Below, in pieces: positions 38,684 through 52,859 of a stretch of DNA of 64,000 bases. A program made the translations under genes and the position numbers. The stretch comes from Isurus oxyrinchus. Its lineage: Eukaryota. The stretch spans positions 682,001 to 746,000 of the forward strand of contig JANJGN010000189.1 of assembly GCA_026770705.1 (NCBI GenBank), written 5' to 3'. Below the pieces are notes generated by a model. It was not told where the DNA came from, ran no database searches, and saw only the letters and a list, made by a program, of their open reading frames with translations. The first letter of the stretch is position 1, and every line of letters begins with the position of its first letter.

Positions 38684-39875
38684 GTAAGTAACGGAACGAT
38701 TGGAATTCACTTCCACCACCAACACTGTCCTTTGTTGATGTTGTGACTTTATAAACACAGATTCCAATGATTGATGCCTTTGAAAGATTTTTACTGATTA
38801 TTGAGATCTGGGTGTGAGACTCAAGTCTGTTGTACAGAACATCTTTCTAGCTCAAGGGATGAGGGAAGTGCAGAGACATGAGCTTTGGGGTGTCCTGAGA
38901 TAGTGAAAGGTGCCATAGAAATGCAAATCAATCATTGTTTGTCTTACTTAAAGACTTGTAACTCTCTGCAGAGCACCTATCATCCCACAGAGAATCAAAT
39001 TAGTCTGTGAAGACATTGTCTAAAAGGAGTTCTGATCTCTCGAGAGCTGTCGGACAAGAGGTGAGGTCTCATTAACTCCTTTCTCTTTCACAGCTTGAGA
39101 GTGAGAAGTGGATGGAATATCTGGGAGTGGACGATGGTCGGGAAATCTTACTTCCTCCTGTCACTTCTCCAAGGTAATATCATCATCAGCTCGGACAGAT
39201 TTATGTTTAACAGTCTTTGTAAAAGATCATTCTTATCTCTTTATCTCTGTAACCTCCTGCAACTCACCCAAACAACTTCCCAGATCTCTGTGCTACTCCA
39301 ATTCCGGCCTCTTGACCATCCCCCGATTCCCATCACTCCAATACTGGTGGCCGGGCCTTCAGCTGCCTGGGGCCTGAGCTCTGGAATTCACTCCCTAAAC
39401 CTCGGGATGGAGGAGATCAGAGGGTTTCATTTTACTGAGAATCACCACGACCACATCACAGCTGCAGTCAGAATAGACAGAGAGTCCAGCCCTCACACTT
39501 CCTGCACAGTTTCACCATAGCAACCACAATATGGAAATTTAAAAATACTGAAAGTTAAACTGAAGCTCAAACCAGTCAGTGTAGAGAGATGAGATGTTTA
39601 CATAGTTTCCCTGTGTGTCTTGTAGACACTGTGTTGGATGGAAGACTGGCTTCACTAAACAGGGTCCTGAGGACCATGAGCCAATGTAGAATGAACTTGT
39701 CCACTCCTGTGTCCAGGATTCTCTTCCCTCCGTTGTGAAACCTTGGGGGGTTCTTTGTGTGTCCTGTAGATGGTCCACACTGCAGCCACTGTGCCCCAGT
39801 GATGGAGAGGGTGGATATCGAGTCTAGTGGATCTACAAACCTTCCAGAGTTAAATATTGACATTTCTCTCCATAG

Positions 39876-40250
39876 TTGGACTGTCACAAGATTGAAAAGG
39901 CGACACTTCACGAGAGGTGACAGCGCAGGATGGTTCGTGTGTACAGATTCCATGTCATTACAGTTACTTATCAAATTTCGTAGGGAGATCACGTGTCGGA
40001 ATCTGGTTGAAAGGAATAGATGGGAACCCACAGCCGAAATGGTCTATAGCCTTTCATTCCGAGGGTCACAGTCACAGGGATCAAAGATTCCACCATCGGA
40101 CCAGGCTGTCTGGAGACCTGAAAGATGGCGACTGTTCCCTGATTATAAACAACATCAGACGGGAAGATGCAGGACCTTATTTTTTCAGAATAGAATTTGA
40201 CAATGGTCCGAGCCATAACTATTACCCTGTAACCCAGCTTCACGTTTCTG
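39876..40250 (+). pseudogene. Gene C V-set exon (Arg+) with premature stop
   Basis: VGLSQD*KGDTSREVTAQDGSCVQIPC...YFFRIEF...LHVS, 375 nt. Confidence 0.85.
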
Positions 40251-41109
40251 GTAAGTGCTGTGTTATAATTACTCAACAATTCACATCCAACACTCAATGG
40301 GAAATAACACAAACTGTGACGTTTACATATTAACACAAAACGCAGCTTATTATAACACACTGTCTGATTCTCAATAACCTGGTGATAGCTTCCAGTTCAG
40401 TCCTAAAGCAACCTCTAATACTCACTTTAATATCAATGATGAAAAGCATTAACTGTATTATCAGGTTATCCATTCCCATCAATCTCTCCTGTCCTGTTTA
40501 AAAGTCTGACGTATCGTTAAAAGAAAGATGTGCATTTCTGCAGCGCAATTTACCACCTCAGGAGGATCCAAATCCCTTCACAGCCAATGAAATTATTCCT
40601 GAATTGTAGTCACAGATGTAAAACACAGCAGGCAGTTTGTGCACAGCAAGATCCAACAAACCACAAGGTGATAAATCACCCAGATCACTGAGGAAATTAG
40701 AAGCCAGTGAACTCAAACCTCTGGTCTGATGAAGAGTCATACGGACTCGAAACGTTAACCCTGTCTTCCTCTCCACTGATACTGTCAGACCTGCTGAGTC
40801 TTTCCAGCAATTTTTGTTTTTGTTTCAGATTTCCAGCGTCCACAGTATTCTGCTTTTAACTCCAATCTCTGGTCTGAGCCTCTTCTCTCATCCAGTATTC
40901 TCAATTCACATGTCTCGGAGTGAACGTGTATTAAGCTGAGAGACAGAAACACTACTGCCAAAGAGCAAGAAAATCTCTCCTGATCATTGTAACCTCTCAG
41001 TTCTGATATCATCCTTGTAAAAGTGCTTTCTCTTGTGGGACTGTGGTTTCTATTTGAACTGATGCTTCACGTTATATTTGTCTAAAAGGATCCATTCTCT
41101 GTCTGTTAG

Positions 41110-41406
41110 ATTTCACAGATAAACCCACGATATTCCCTGCTGAAATTATTGCAGGAAAGCATGTGGATGTAAGCTGCACCATCAACACAACGTGCAATGG
41201 AACAGCAGCGCCTTTCTTAACCTGGGAAACTCCCACTGACGTACCTGGATCAGTCTCAAACACTGTAACTCAGCATGGTGTCACTCTGTCCTATACTTCT
41301 GTTCTGACCCTGATCCCATCACTCAAACACCACGGACACACTCTCAGCTGCAGAGTGAGATATCCATCTGTTTCATCGGAGCGGACCCTCGTACTAACTG
41401 TGCAAG
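41110..41406 (+). CDS. Gene C C2-set Ig exon (open frame)
   Basis: 297 nt, AG/GT, mirror of 6509-6805. Confidence 0.8.
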
Positions 41407-41746
41407 GTAAGTACATACACCTTTCATTCTACATCAGCACTCCCTCAGCGCTGACCCTCTGACAGTGCAGCCCGTTCTCAGTGTCCACATTCTCAGACCT
41501 CTCAAAGTGCTTCACAGTCGATTGAAGTTAATTGATCTTTATTTGATTATTGCTGAATAAAGAGACAAGCTGTCTAAAGTTTACATCTCGCACACACCAT
41601 TCTCCATGGCAACACCTCCACCTATCAGAGACCACATGCCAACCAATCAGCACTCTCTTCCCATTAAGTATAAATTGTGGTTCACTTTCTGTTGGTAATC
41701 CTGCGAACGGGCTTCTTGATTCCTGCCCTGACATCTTAATGTCCAA

Positions 41747-41882
41747 ATGAACAGAACAAGTTCCAACAATGAGCTGTGGTTGGTGATTCCTCCCATTACA
41801 TATCGGGACACTGGAGACTATCAGTGTGTGGCAGAGAATGAACATAGAGCAGTGGAGGGGTTCATAACCATCACTGTGGAAC
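41747..41882 (+). pseudogene. 3' half of an Ig-domain exon (NELWLVIPPITYRDTGDYQCVAENEHRAVEGFITITVE)
   Basis: DxGxYxC motif and GTGAGT donor. The 5' half is replaced by non-Ig sequence with an in-frame stop upstream. Confidence 0.75.
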
Positions 41883-43553
41883 GTGAGTGTACACAGACAT
41901 CAACATCTCTCTCAGATTCAAACATTACACAAACACACACAAATATACAGAACTAAATAGACACATGCAGACACACATGTATGAGCAATTACAAAGACAC
42001 ACTCACGAACAAACACACTAGCACACACTCCCCTGTGGCTTACCTGAGTACTGCACTGGAGAGTTGGCCTGAATTCTGGGATTTGTGTTCCCAATCATGT
42101 TTATGGAAGAATATGGAAATTACAAAGTCTATAACAGACAGTCAGATGCATAGAGACACTCACAGATACTCTCTGCCTCTCCAACTCTCTCTCTCCCTTT
42201 AAGAAGCTTCCTGAAAGCTAACCCTTCGAACAATCACCGGCCCCAACTCCTCCTTATCTGATTCTGTGTGATTTTGTTTGTGTATCTGAGAGTAAGAGAG
42301 AGGTGGAGAGGTTTAGTTAGAGAATTCCTGCTGGTGAAAATCTTACATCATTTACTCACCTTTCCAGTGCACATATTTCCCAGTATGTCCAATGCCCCTG
42401 TTTATAATGATGACTGCCTATGTAAACGTCACGCTGTAGTTACAGTCTCCCACCAGTGGTGGCATTGTAGCACTTAATCCTTGTGTTTCCCAGCTTTTCA
42501 AGCAACTCCACTTCCCAGTTTGCTACACAAGCTGTGAGTTCATCAGAATTAAATTATTTCTCAAATGATAGATTTGATAATTCATTTTATTGAAAACTTC
42601 CTCAGTGCCTCCCTGAAGGGTTTACACTCTCTGGGAAGCAGGAATAGGCTGGATGTTGGGGAGTTCATCTTTTCCCAGAGAGTAGGGATCCTTGAGAATG
42701 TGCTGTCAGTGGGTGTGGTAGTTCCTGTTTCTCTGTCGCCTTCAAGAGGGATCTGGAGTGGTTACTAACTGGGGGAGAGATCATGGAAGCGGAGAATGAT
42801 ACAGCACAGGAGGAGGCCATTCGGCCCACTGTGCCTGTGCCAGGTCTTTCAATGTTCTATCCAATCAGATCCACTAACCACCACTCCACTTTACCCCATC
42901 TTCCTCCTTCAAGTGTTTATCCAATTTCCCTTTTGAAAGTTCCTATTGAATCTGCTTCCACCGCCCTTTCAGGCAGCACCTTCCAGATCACAACAACTCG
43001 CTCTGTCAAAACAAATTCTCCTCATCTCCCCCTCCAGTTGGTCAATCTGTGTCCCTCTGGTTACCGACCCTCCTGCCCCTTAAATACATCGATACTGTTC
43101 ACCTCAACCACTCCCTGTGGGAGTGAGTTCCACATTCTCCCCTCTCTCTGGGTAAAGATTGGAACTGTTTATTAAGCTGGGGGTGTAAGTCCGTGGGGGA
43201 GTCCATCTCGATTCTGCCCGATTCGCACACGCGTCCGAGATGGATTTCCACCCTGCACTAAACGTTTCCAGAATTTTCTACAGCACAATCCTGTACACAG
43301 CGATGGAGAGAAACATTGGACAGGGAGTCCAACAGCACAATGATCCATTCTCACCAATGTTCCACGCTAAGGGGAAAGTTCCGATTGTCCACTCTTAGAG
43401 TGTTTACAATGAAAACATTCATTCCACATTGAATCCCAGTGGATGGGTCAATATTACAGCAAATGTTGCAGTGATATGAAGCTTGATTGTTCAGCCAGAG
43501 TGAGAGATTGAAAGCGGAGAGTCAGTGATGATTTCTTTCTGTGTGTTCTCTAG

Positions 43554-43693
43554 ACAGTGGAGGAGAGATTCTGCACGTGATCCTGATCCTGGGAATACGA
43601 GCTGTGATATTCCTTGTGACTGTGGTTATCACTATCACTGGAGTCTGTGTCTGGGAGAGACAAACAGTGAAAGGAAGTCGACAGACTGTTTGA
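43554..43693 (+). CDS. Gene C TM exon with Arg (codon 43598-43600) and short tail
   Basis: SGGEILHVILILGIRAVIFLVTVVITITGVCVWERQTVKGSRQTV*, mirror of 4780-4919. Confidence 0.8.
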
Positions 43694-43799
43694 AGCTTTG
43701 TACAGCAACAATCTGGTCAGTCAGTGCGGACAAATAACGTGTGATGTTGTGTTAAGTTGTAATGAAACTGGTCAGTGTCCTGGTTAGAATCACCTTCGT

Positions 43800-44420
43800 A
43801 TCAGAGAGGCATTCCAGCACAGTAGGAGACCATTCAGCCCATTAAGTCTATGCTGTCTCTGTGTAGAGCAATCCACTCAGTCCCATTCCCCCGCTCTATC
43901 CCCGTATCCCTGCAAGTTTATTTCCAAGTGTCCATCCAATTTCCTTTTGAAATCGTTCATCGTCTCCACTTCCACCATCCTCGTAGGCAGCGAGTTCCAG
44001 CTCATTACCACTCGCTGTGTAAAAAAGTTCCTCCTCACATCCCCCCTCTGCCCAAAACCTTCAATCTGTGTCCCCCAGTCCTTGTACCATCAGCTAATGG
44101 CAACAGCTTCTCTTTGTCTCTCTTATCTAAACCCATCATCATCTTGTACACCTCGATCAGATCCCCCCTCAATCTCCTTTGCTCCAAGGAGAACAACCCC
44201 AGCTTCTCCAACCCAACCTTGTAGCTAAAATCCCTCATCCCTGGACCCATTCTGCTCAATCTCCTCCCCACCCTCTCAAGGACCCTCACTTCCTTCCCAA
44301 AGTGAGGAGACCAGAACTGGACACAATACTCTAGCTGTGACCTAACCAGAGCTTTATAAATGTTCAGCATAACCTCCCTGTGTTTGTTCTCAATCCCTCC
44401 ATTTATGAAAAGCTTATTCT
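43800..44420 (-). mobile_element. CR1 LINE 3' fragment, mirror of 4050-4680
   Basis: Same RT C-terminal peptide. Confidence 0.9.
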
Positions 44421-45124
44421 TTCCATCAGCACAAACAACAATTTCCAAGCGGACTCCCATCAGCAGACAGAGTGCAATGAAACATCGGCATGCCTGCTTC
44501 TTAATGTACGGAGAGAAACCTGGAACGAGAGATTCTCCTTCTTCTCCTCAGCAAGCTGAAACTTTTCCTTATACCTGGTGCTCCCCAGTCCTGCTGTGTG
44601 GACACATCATAACCACGGTATTGTCTGGCTGTGTGCAGCCAACATGGTCGAATAGGAATGAACAGAAATGTGACATTGCTAAACTCTGTTCTCTGATTGG
44701 AATGTGCTTTCTGAATGCTGCACCTTTTTCATGCTGCGATAGATTGTAAGAAGCATTTGGGTTATGAATAAAATTACATTGATTAACACAAGTGATTAAA
44801 ATGTTCAGCCTTTTCTGTAGATACTTATGGATTAAAATTCTTATTTTGCTGCCAGATTCTTGGCTCAAAGACATTATTTCATGTTGTCACTTTTTCCAGT
44901 CAGATGAATTCCTGTGGCCATCTTTATAATGGAAATTGTCAATGTAAACACGTAACATTGCAGCTGCACACTCCTGCCAGTGGTGGTGCCATTCCAAAAC
45001 TGTCTTGCTGCACCAACACAGTGAGAATTATTCTCGACATGTACATGATGTTGTTGTTACACAGACATCAGGCGGAATCTTGGGCTGTGCCTAGAATGCA
45101 CTTAGGACATTGCAGACCACGCAC

Positions 45125-46080
45125 AGAACTGACAGTGCAGCGTTTCCTCAATCCTGACCCTCGGTCAGTGCAGCGCTCCCTCATTACTGTCCCTCTGACA
45201 GTGCTGCACTACCTCATTATTGACCCTTTTCAAGTGCAGCACCCTGTCAGCATTGACCTTCTGACAGTGCAGCACACCCTCATGGCTGACAATCTGACAG
45301 TGCAGCACTCCCTCAGTACTCATCCACCCACAGTGCAGCACTCCCTCAGTACTGATCCTCTGACACTGTATCCCTCCCTCACTACTGACCTTCCAACAGT
45401 TCAGCACTCCAACGGTACACACCTTCTGACAGTGCAGCACTCCCTCAGTACTCACCCTCACACAGCGCAGCCCTCTCTCAGTACTCACCCTCCCACAGTG
45501 CAGCACTCCCTCAGTACTCACCCTCCCACGGTGCTGTTCGAGTTGATTCAATCAAGACTGGCGCCCAAAGAGGGAGGTTTCAATGCTAAATCATTGAATC
45601 GGTGAAAATTATTTTTAGGCTTACGGGAACAAGACTTAGTTCCTCAAATCCTTTCTTTTGCAATAACACACAGTACAAGAATTCTGTTTAAATAAATGCC
45701 AGTTAAACTTTGCCATGAAAGGATATCTTCTCACACTCGGCTCTACCTCAGTACTAACCCTCCCACAGTCCGGCACCCCCTCAATACTGACCCTCTGACT
45801 GTGCGGAACTCACTCAATACAGACCCGCCGACAGTTCAGCACTCCCACATTACTGACCCTCTGACAGTGCAGCACTCCCTCAGTACTGAACCTCTGACCG
45901 TGCAGCACTCCCTCATTACTGACCCTCTGACAGTGCAGCACTCCCACATTACTGACCCTCTGACAGTGCAGCACTCCCTCATTACTGACCCTCTGACAGT
46001 GCAGCACTCTCCCATTACTGACCCTCTGATAGTGCAGCACTCCCACAGTAGAGTCCCGCTGACAGTGCAGCACTCCCTCC
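45125..46080. repeat. 30-bp minisatellite, shorter mirror of 1525-3365
   Basis: Reverse-complement units with only one copy of the AT-rich spacer. Confidence 0.9.
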
Positions 46081-46299
46081 GTAATGATAACAGGGGTCGT
46101 TGAAATGTATCATACGGCCCGAGACCTGTATTGGGGACTCTATCGCCTGAGTTTCAGCCTCTGTGGTGAGGGGGAGGAGTCTAATCCCACGGAGCCAATG
46201 GAGAAGCTTCATGACTACAGCTGCCCAAATATGAGCTGACAGATCACACATGGTAAACGTTTTGCTGAGAGCGCAAAACATGCTCGATCTTCTCACTGA

Positions 46300-46445
46300 T
46301 TACCCACTTCCTCATTTTGTCTCACAGTGACACATCCACCCTTTCTAATTAAACACACAGAGGGAGCAGCACAGGAAGAGGTCATTCAGCTCAAGCAGAG
46401 CGTGTGGGCAGTTCCTCTCCAGGCGAGCAGTCGGACAGGTCCTGG
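46300..46445 (+). promoter_or_regulatory. Gene D putative promoter and non-coding exon 1, with PU.1/ETS box (46305-46318)
   Basis: Mirror of the gene A promoter, with a donor after 46445. Confidence 0.55.
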
Positions 46446-46895
46446 GTAAGTAACGGAACGATTGGAATTCACTTCCACGACCAACACTGTCCTTTGTTGA
46501 TGTTGTGACTTTATAAAGACAGATTCCAATGATTGATGCCTTTGAAAGATTTCTACTGATTATTGAGATCTGGGTGTGAGACTCAAGTCTGTTGTACAGA
46601 ACATCTTTCTAGCTCAAGGGATGAGGGAAGTGCAGGGACATGAGCTTTGGGACGTCTTGAGGTGGTGAAAGGTGCTATAGAAATGCAAATCCTTCAATGT
46701 TTTTCTTTCTTAAAGCCTTGTAACTCTCTGCAGAGCACCTATCATCCCACAGAGAATCAAATTAGTCTGTAAAGACATTGTCCAAAAACAGTTCTGATCT
46801 CTTGAGAGCTGTCGGACAAGAGGTGAGGTCTCATTAACTCCTTTCTCTTTCACAGTTTGAGAGTCAGAAGCTTATGAAGTATCTGGGAGTGGACA

Positions 46896-46935
46896 ATGAT
46901 CGGAAAATATTACTGCCTCCTGTCACTTCTCGAAG
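46896..46935 (+). CDS. Gene D leader exon MIGKYYCLLSLLE(V)
   Basis: ATG at 46896, 40 nt, GTAAT donor. Confidence 0.8.
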
Positions 46936-47899
46936 GTAATAACGTCGTCAGCTCGGACAGTTTTATGGCTAATAGTCTTTGTAAAAGATCATTCTTATTG
47001 AGTGTGATTGGGAACCGATTCAGCAGTGAGCCAGTGTACAAACTGATACCAAGTCCCATTCACCCATCACCCCTGTGCTCACTGATATACACTGACTCCC
47101 TGTCTGACAGTAGAATTGGAGGAGTGCAGAGATCTCAGAGGGTTTTAGGGTTGGAGGAGGTTACACAGATAGAGAGTGTAGAGGGGGGATGGTGGGGTAA
47201 GAAGTCGATGATGAGAATTTGAAATTTGAGTCATTGCTGGACTGGGAGTCAGTGTCGTTCAGCCAGTGACAGGGGAGCGATCCGCTGAATAGAGAATCAG
47301 GAATACCAACTGGGGGATGAGGTCTATCCTGATGCTGGGACTCGGATAACAATGTCCTGAAATTTTGTGTCTTTTGCTGATTTTGTCAGAATTTCCCATG
47401 AAGACAACACAGCAGCTCCTAGAATAGACAGGCTGTTCAGTGTCACACTTCCTGTCCATCCTCACCATGCTAGAAACTTCAATAAGGGAGCAAGATAACT
47501 GAAAGAGAGAAGGAAGGTAAAGCTGTCCGTGTGTAAAGGTGTCAAATATTCTGAGTTATCATGATTGTTTCTGATCTGCTGCAGAGTTTAAAGTTCTCAG
47601 AACATTAGCACTTTGCAGCTCAGAGAGAGACCATTGACTCACTGCCTGAAAGGGCGGTGGAAGCAGATTCAACAGGAACTTTCAAAAGGGGAACTAGATA
47701 AATACTTGAAGGGGACATTTTGCAGGGCTGTGGAGGAGAGAGCAGAGGTTAGAGTGGGACTAATTGGACAGATCTTTCAAAGGCCCAGCACAGGCTCGAT
47801 GGGCCAAATGGCATCCTTCTGTTCCGGATCATTCTACAATCTGAAAAATTAAGCCCCACATCAGTAACTCTTCAGGCTCCTGCTGCAGGGATGGATCTT

Positions 47900-50120
47900 T
47901 GAGAAGGACAGGGAACAAGAGGTTCCTGGTATCATTTGCATATTTCTTGACAATTATATAAGTGTATAGATCTGTTGAATATTTGAGTCTCTAAAGCGTA
48001 GAGGTAATCTGCTGTTATATCGAGATCTTGTGGTGGCAAAATTGTCTGGAGGTTTCTTTAATTGCTCACATTGATCTGTGGGATTGTCATTCTTCGATGT
48101 TGTCCCTGGTTTCAATTGACATTACACCCTTGATGCAACTGAGGAGGCTTTAAACTAATATGGCAGGGGATCGGATCCCGAGAGGAGGTTCAACAGAGAG
48201 AGATGCACGGCCAAAATTAGAAGAGAGAGCAAATGAAACTGGAAGGCATAGAAATTATTGGCCATTTAAGGCTCAAGATAGCGTGGCAAAGTTGGATTGT
48301 ATTAATTTTAATGCAAGGAGTCTGACAGACTTGCATTCTCCTGCAGGTGTAATGTTGCAGCTCCCTTGAACCTGCCAATATTGTTGAATCTTTCTGCATA
48401 TTTCAATGTTATGTCATGAACTGAGCTGATGGGATAGTTTCTGAGACTGGGACAGACATAAATCCATTGGCTTTCGGCCGGACCGGACAATCATGGAAGT
48501 GGGTGGGGCCAGAAAATCCCACCCCTATGGGAACATTTTCAGTTAATTTGATGTGCCCAGAGAGATCAATAAAGACCACAATCCACAATTTATTGGCAAG
48601 CCACGTCAGGATATGTGTGAGAGGTGGAATATCGATCACCGCTCCTAGTCTCGTCGTGTACATCATCGCCATTTCCTGGTTTGTCAGTCACCACATGTAT
48701 ATGTTCCTGATGGGATAGCGGATGGTCATTCTTATTGCTTGAAGGTTCCCCGTTGTGCAGGGTTTGATTGGATCAGCGCACGGCTCTTTGTAGCTGCATC
48801 AGCCTTTGCTCTCGTGCCCTGCCGCTGTCAATGGCCCTTTCTGCCACAAGCCTTGCAGGATTGGTGGAAAGCTGGGCATTTCCTTAGTGCCTGCAGAAGG
48901 CCACACCTTCCACACGTCTCACTAGGTTTGGATGTTCTAGTGAGTGTGTCAACAATTGATGTTGTACTGAGGACCTGTAAGCTTCGTTGACCTGCGAGGA
49001 TCACTTCGTATTTATGTCCATCCTTGAGTAGCTCTTCAATGCTATAGGTTTTGGTCTTATCTAGCAGATCTTTCTGGAAGGCTTCCATGGGAGTGGATGC
49101 GATCACCAACTCAACAACTCTGTCTGCAGGCTCTGTGTTTGAAATCACAGTGCGTACCCTTTTCTCTACATCGGCTGATGAAGTGGTCTATGGGTTGTGT
49201 AGGCTGATGAAATGACATAAACTCTAGTTGATGAATATGGAGTTTCACCTGATTCTGAACCTGTCTTCCAATGTCGTCCATATCTATTGGGGATCCTTTC
49301 GCTCTTCTGCTGTTAATCCTGATGTGCTCAGCCTGTGTAGACCTTCATTCCCAATCGCGAGGTGAATTTTTATGGGTGGTTCGTCTGGTTCAGTCACACC
49401 TGAATCAGGAAACCAGAGCTCTGTACGCTGTTTAAACATTCTGAATTCAGATAGTCGGTCAGCTACATCCCAGTTCAAACTGGGGAATTTCGTGGACATT
49501 CTGACAATATTCCTTTGACCTTCCTTCTCCTACAGGATCTGGGATGAGTGTCGCTTTAGCCCCTTTCGTGTGCTTTTCCGAAGCTCCGCCCACGAAGACG
49601 GGTTGTGGCAGGAACACACCACGGAGTAATGGAGTCTTTGTTTTTTATTCAATTTGCTGTTCAGCAATCTCGAAGCCGCCCGTTATAATCACTAACTTCT
49701 CTGGGCTGATTTTTATAATGGTTTTTGTGTGTTTGACTCTCCCTCGCTCACTATCGATCCAGCCCACACCCTGGTCACTCGCCTTCCCTGACTGAGCTAA
49801 CCCGCTGCTGGTCCTGGCGATACACACTGTCCCACTCACTGACCTACAGGCCGTGTGCTGTAATCTCACCACGAGGGATCCGTCTGCTCCCCAGCTCTTT
49901 ACTTGAGCTCTTTCCCGTCACTGTGTCTTCAAAGGTTTCCTGAGCAGTCAGTACACTGCGATTTCAACCCTCTCTGATGCTGTGTCTCTGTTGTGGTCTG
50001 ACCAAAGCGTCGAGGGTCGTCTCATGTCATGTAGCTCGATCTCAGGCTGTTCACCACGTCATACCTGTACTGAATCTTGCTGCCAGAATGTTTGGCCACC
50101 ACTGATCACCATGTTGTGTT
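47900..50120 (-). mobile_element. Gypsy-like remnant, mirror of 26030-29900 with an internal deletion
   Basis: Near-identical gag peptides (48828-49148, 49284-49499). Confidence 0.75.
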
Positions 50121-52216
50121 TTTATAATGATATAAAGGCACCAGCCACTGATATGGAATTGGGTAAATACATTGTGGGTTCAGTTATTTAGAACAGGGAC
50201 ATGAGAACAGATATACAGGATAGAAAGCTGGGAGACACCTGCAGCCAAACTGTGAGCTGTGTTCTGCTCACAGGCCAAAGTGAAACTTGGACTGGATGGT
50301 GTTACCATCCCAGCTGATGTTACTACTGGGCAAGTCAGATCCCAGGGTGGAGCTCAGCTTGATAGGTCCTAACTTTTATTTTTTATTTTGGAATGTGGAG
50401 TGCGGCTACTGAACAGAGTCACAGGAGTCATCTGATGAACGTCTAACAAAAGAATAAAACATTTATTAAACTAGGAAAGACAAACTATATGACATTACTC
50501 CTTCACCCAGACCTATACCTTTACAGATACATAAGTAGAACACAAATTACGATAACTATCTTATATTCTCATGTTCACACTAAGTACACAGTCCGTGTAA
50601 ATCAATAGACGACCTGTGGTCAGGGACACAACATTCTGAAAGCAAGTGGCAGAGCCCACTTGAAACAAATTCTATGTCTCATCTGACCCCAGACGCTTGT
50701 TACACTGTGAGCCAACCAGTCTCACTGAACTGAGATATCCATATGAGGATTTCCAATCTCCACTCTCCAAGAACTCGCTTTGGAATCTTCTCCAACATGA
50801 CACTTTCACTCAGACACCTTCCACAAGGGTCCACTTTCACTATTTCAAACTCTCCTTCCCATGTTCCTGCCCCTTGGATCGCCACGTGCATTCAGCCTTC
50901 CTTCCACGCCCTGTCTCTCCAATGCTCAGCCGTGTCAATGGAACACCATGGCTTCACATGGCCGTAGTAATGAGTCACCAACCTGTGGTGTCTCCTAGGA
51001 TCTTCTGGCTTCTCACAAGCCTATTTTGCTTTAGGCCTGTGTCCTGCTGCTTTCTCCCTTTATGCTTGAAGCCTTCTTCTGCTCCTCACTCTTAACTTCA
51101 CTTAACAGGGCCTTTTCCAGATTTGACTAGAACGTCTTCTTGGGCCCTTTCTCCTGTCAAACTCTATAGTTTTGGCTTCTTCTTTACTTTGGGACTGACT
51201 ATCTGTCCCGCTCCTTTGCTGCTTCTCCTGGCAACTCCTTTCAACAGAACTGAAAGTACTTTTCTGTTTTTCTCGGTCTCTGTGGGTCCTTCCCTCTGGA
51301 TCACTGTTGCTAGGCAACAGCATAGTTTCTTACACCTTGTATTTGTTTTGACTTCCCTTCAACAGTCATAAAACCTCAATGGAATGCTGGCTTCTTTTTA
51401 ACTCAAGTTCCCCCTTTTCTCAACACCCAAATACAGAAATACAAACTAAACTTGAACTTAAAGATAGACCTTTTGCCTAACACACACAAATACACATCGA
51501 ACTTACTTAAGCGAACACCAGTTCCTAAAAATAACATGACACACTTCCCCTCGAGTGATGTCATGCTGCTGTCCCTGAAAGGCATATTACAACAGTGTTA
51601 TCACTTGGCAGGTGATGTGTGCCAGGCAGACCAAGTCCATGAGAGAAACCTGGTCACACTATCATAATGATTTTGCAATTTGTATTTATTATGAGATGTG
51701 TGCACTTAATCCAGAAGCAATAACTCCACCAATACCTTTAGAGATTTAAAACAATAAATTAACATATTTGTCATCAAAATAAAGGATTTCAAGCACATAC
51801 GTAACTACAAGACTGCTATCATAACTCCTAAAATTCCTAATTAACCTGACTCCCAGTTACAGTCCCTTAAAGGCAACAGACCAAAAATAGATGTTAGATT
51901 TAAAACAAAATCAGCAAGTTAACCCAATGCCCCGGACATTGGAATTCCAAATGCATTGTCCCCAACTTCAGTTCTGTTGGAGAACAGGCTTCTGCACAAA
52001 CAGGGTCCTGAGGACCATGAACCAATGTAGAATGAACTTTTCCGCTTTTGTGTCCAGGATTCTCTTCCATCCGGTGTGATACCTTGTGGAGTTCATTGTG
52101 TGTCCTGTAGATGGTCCACACTGCAGCCACTGTGCCCGAGTGATGGAGGGGGTGGATATCGAGTCTAGTGGATCAACAAAACATCCAGAGTTAAATATTG
52201 ATATTTCTCTCCCCAG

Positions 52217-52594
52217 TTGGATTGTCACAAGAGTGGAAAGGTGATACTCCACGAGAGGTGACAGCGCAGGAAGGTTCGTGTGTACAGATTCCATGTCATT
52301 ACAGTTATCCATCAGATTTGATAAAGAAACCACAGGTCGGAATCTGGAAAATGAGAAGATACATACGGAACAAATGGTCTAAATGGTCTATAGCGTTTCA
52401 CTCCAAGGGTCACAGTCGCGAGTTACAACGGTTCCGCCATCGGACCCGGCTGTCTGGAGACCTGAAAGATGGCGACTGTTCCCTGATTATAAACAACATC
52501 AGACGGGAAGATGCAGGACATTATTTTTTCATGATAAAATTTGTCAATCGTCCGAGCCATAACGTTTCCCCTGTAACCCAGCTTCAGGTTTCTG
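52217..52594 (+). CDS. Gene D N-terminal V-set exon, essential Arg replaced by Met (DAGHYFFMIKF)
   Basis: CCCCAG acceptor and GTAAGT donor, 378 nt, open frame. Confidence 0.9.
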
Positions 52595-52859
52595 GTAAGT
52601 GCTGAGTTATAATTACTCACCAATTCACATCCAACACTCAATGGAAAATAATAGTGTTTGATTTGCTTGTTTTTTGGCCGTGTTAACCAGCGTCACTATT
52701 TTTAATGATTTGTCTATTTCTGCTCCCAGATCCATGAGCTTATTGTGTGTGATTGAATCCACATCATAGCTGTAACGTAAACCGAGCTGAGGGGTGATGA
52801 CACCTCCCCCCTGAGTGAAGTGTCTCCTCCCCACTACACCTTCCACCCCTCACACTGTC

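Larger units (their letters stand above)
39134..43693 (+). pseudogene. Gene C, activating-type Siglec-like gene with a nonsense codon: leader 39134-39173, V 39876-40250, C2 41110-41406, TM(Arg) 43554-43693
   Basis: All splice sites are canonical and phase 1. An in-frame TGA at 39893-39895 replaces the Trp of QEWKG. Confidence 0.8.

Noticed and set aside
43525-43737. Cys-rich 70-aa ORF (and mirror 4736-4948)
   Set aside because: It is an alternative frame of the TM exon. The splice phase selects the hydrophobic frame.
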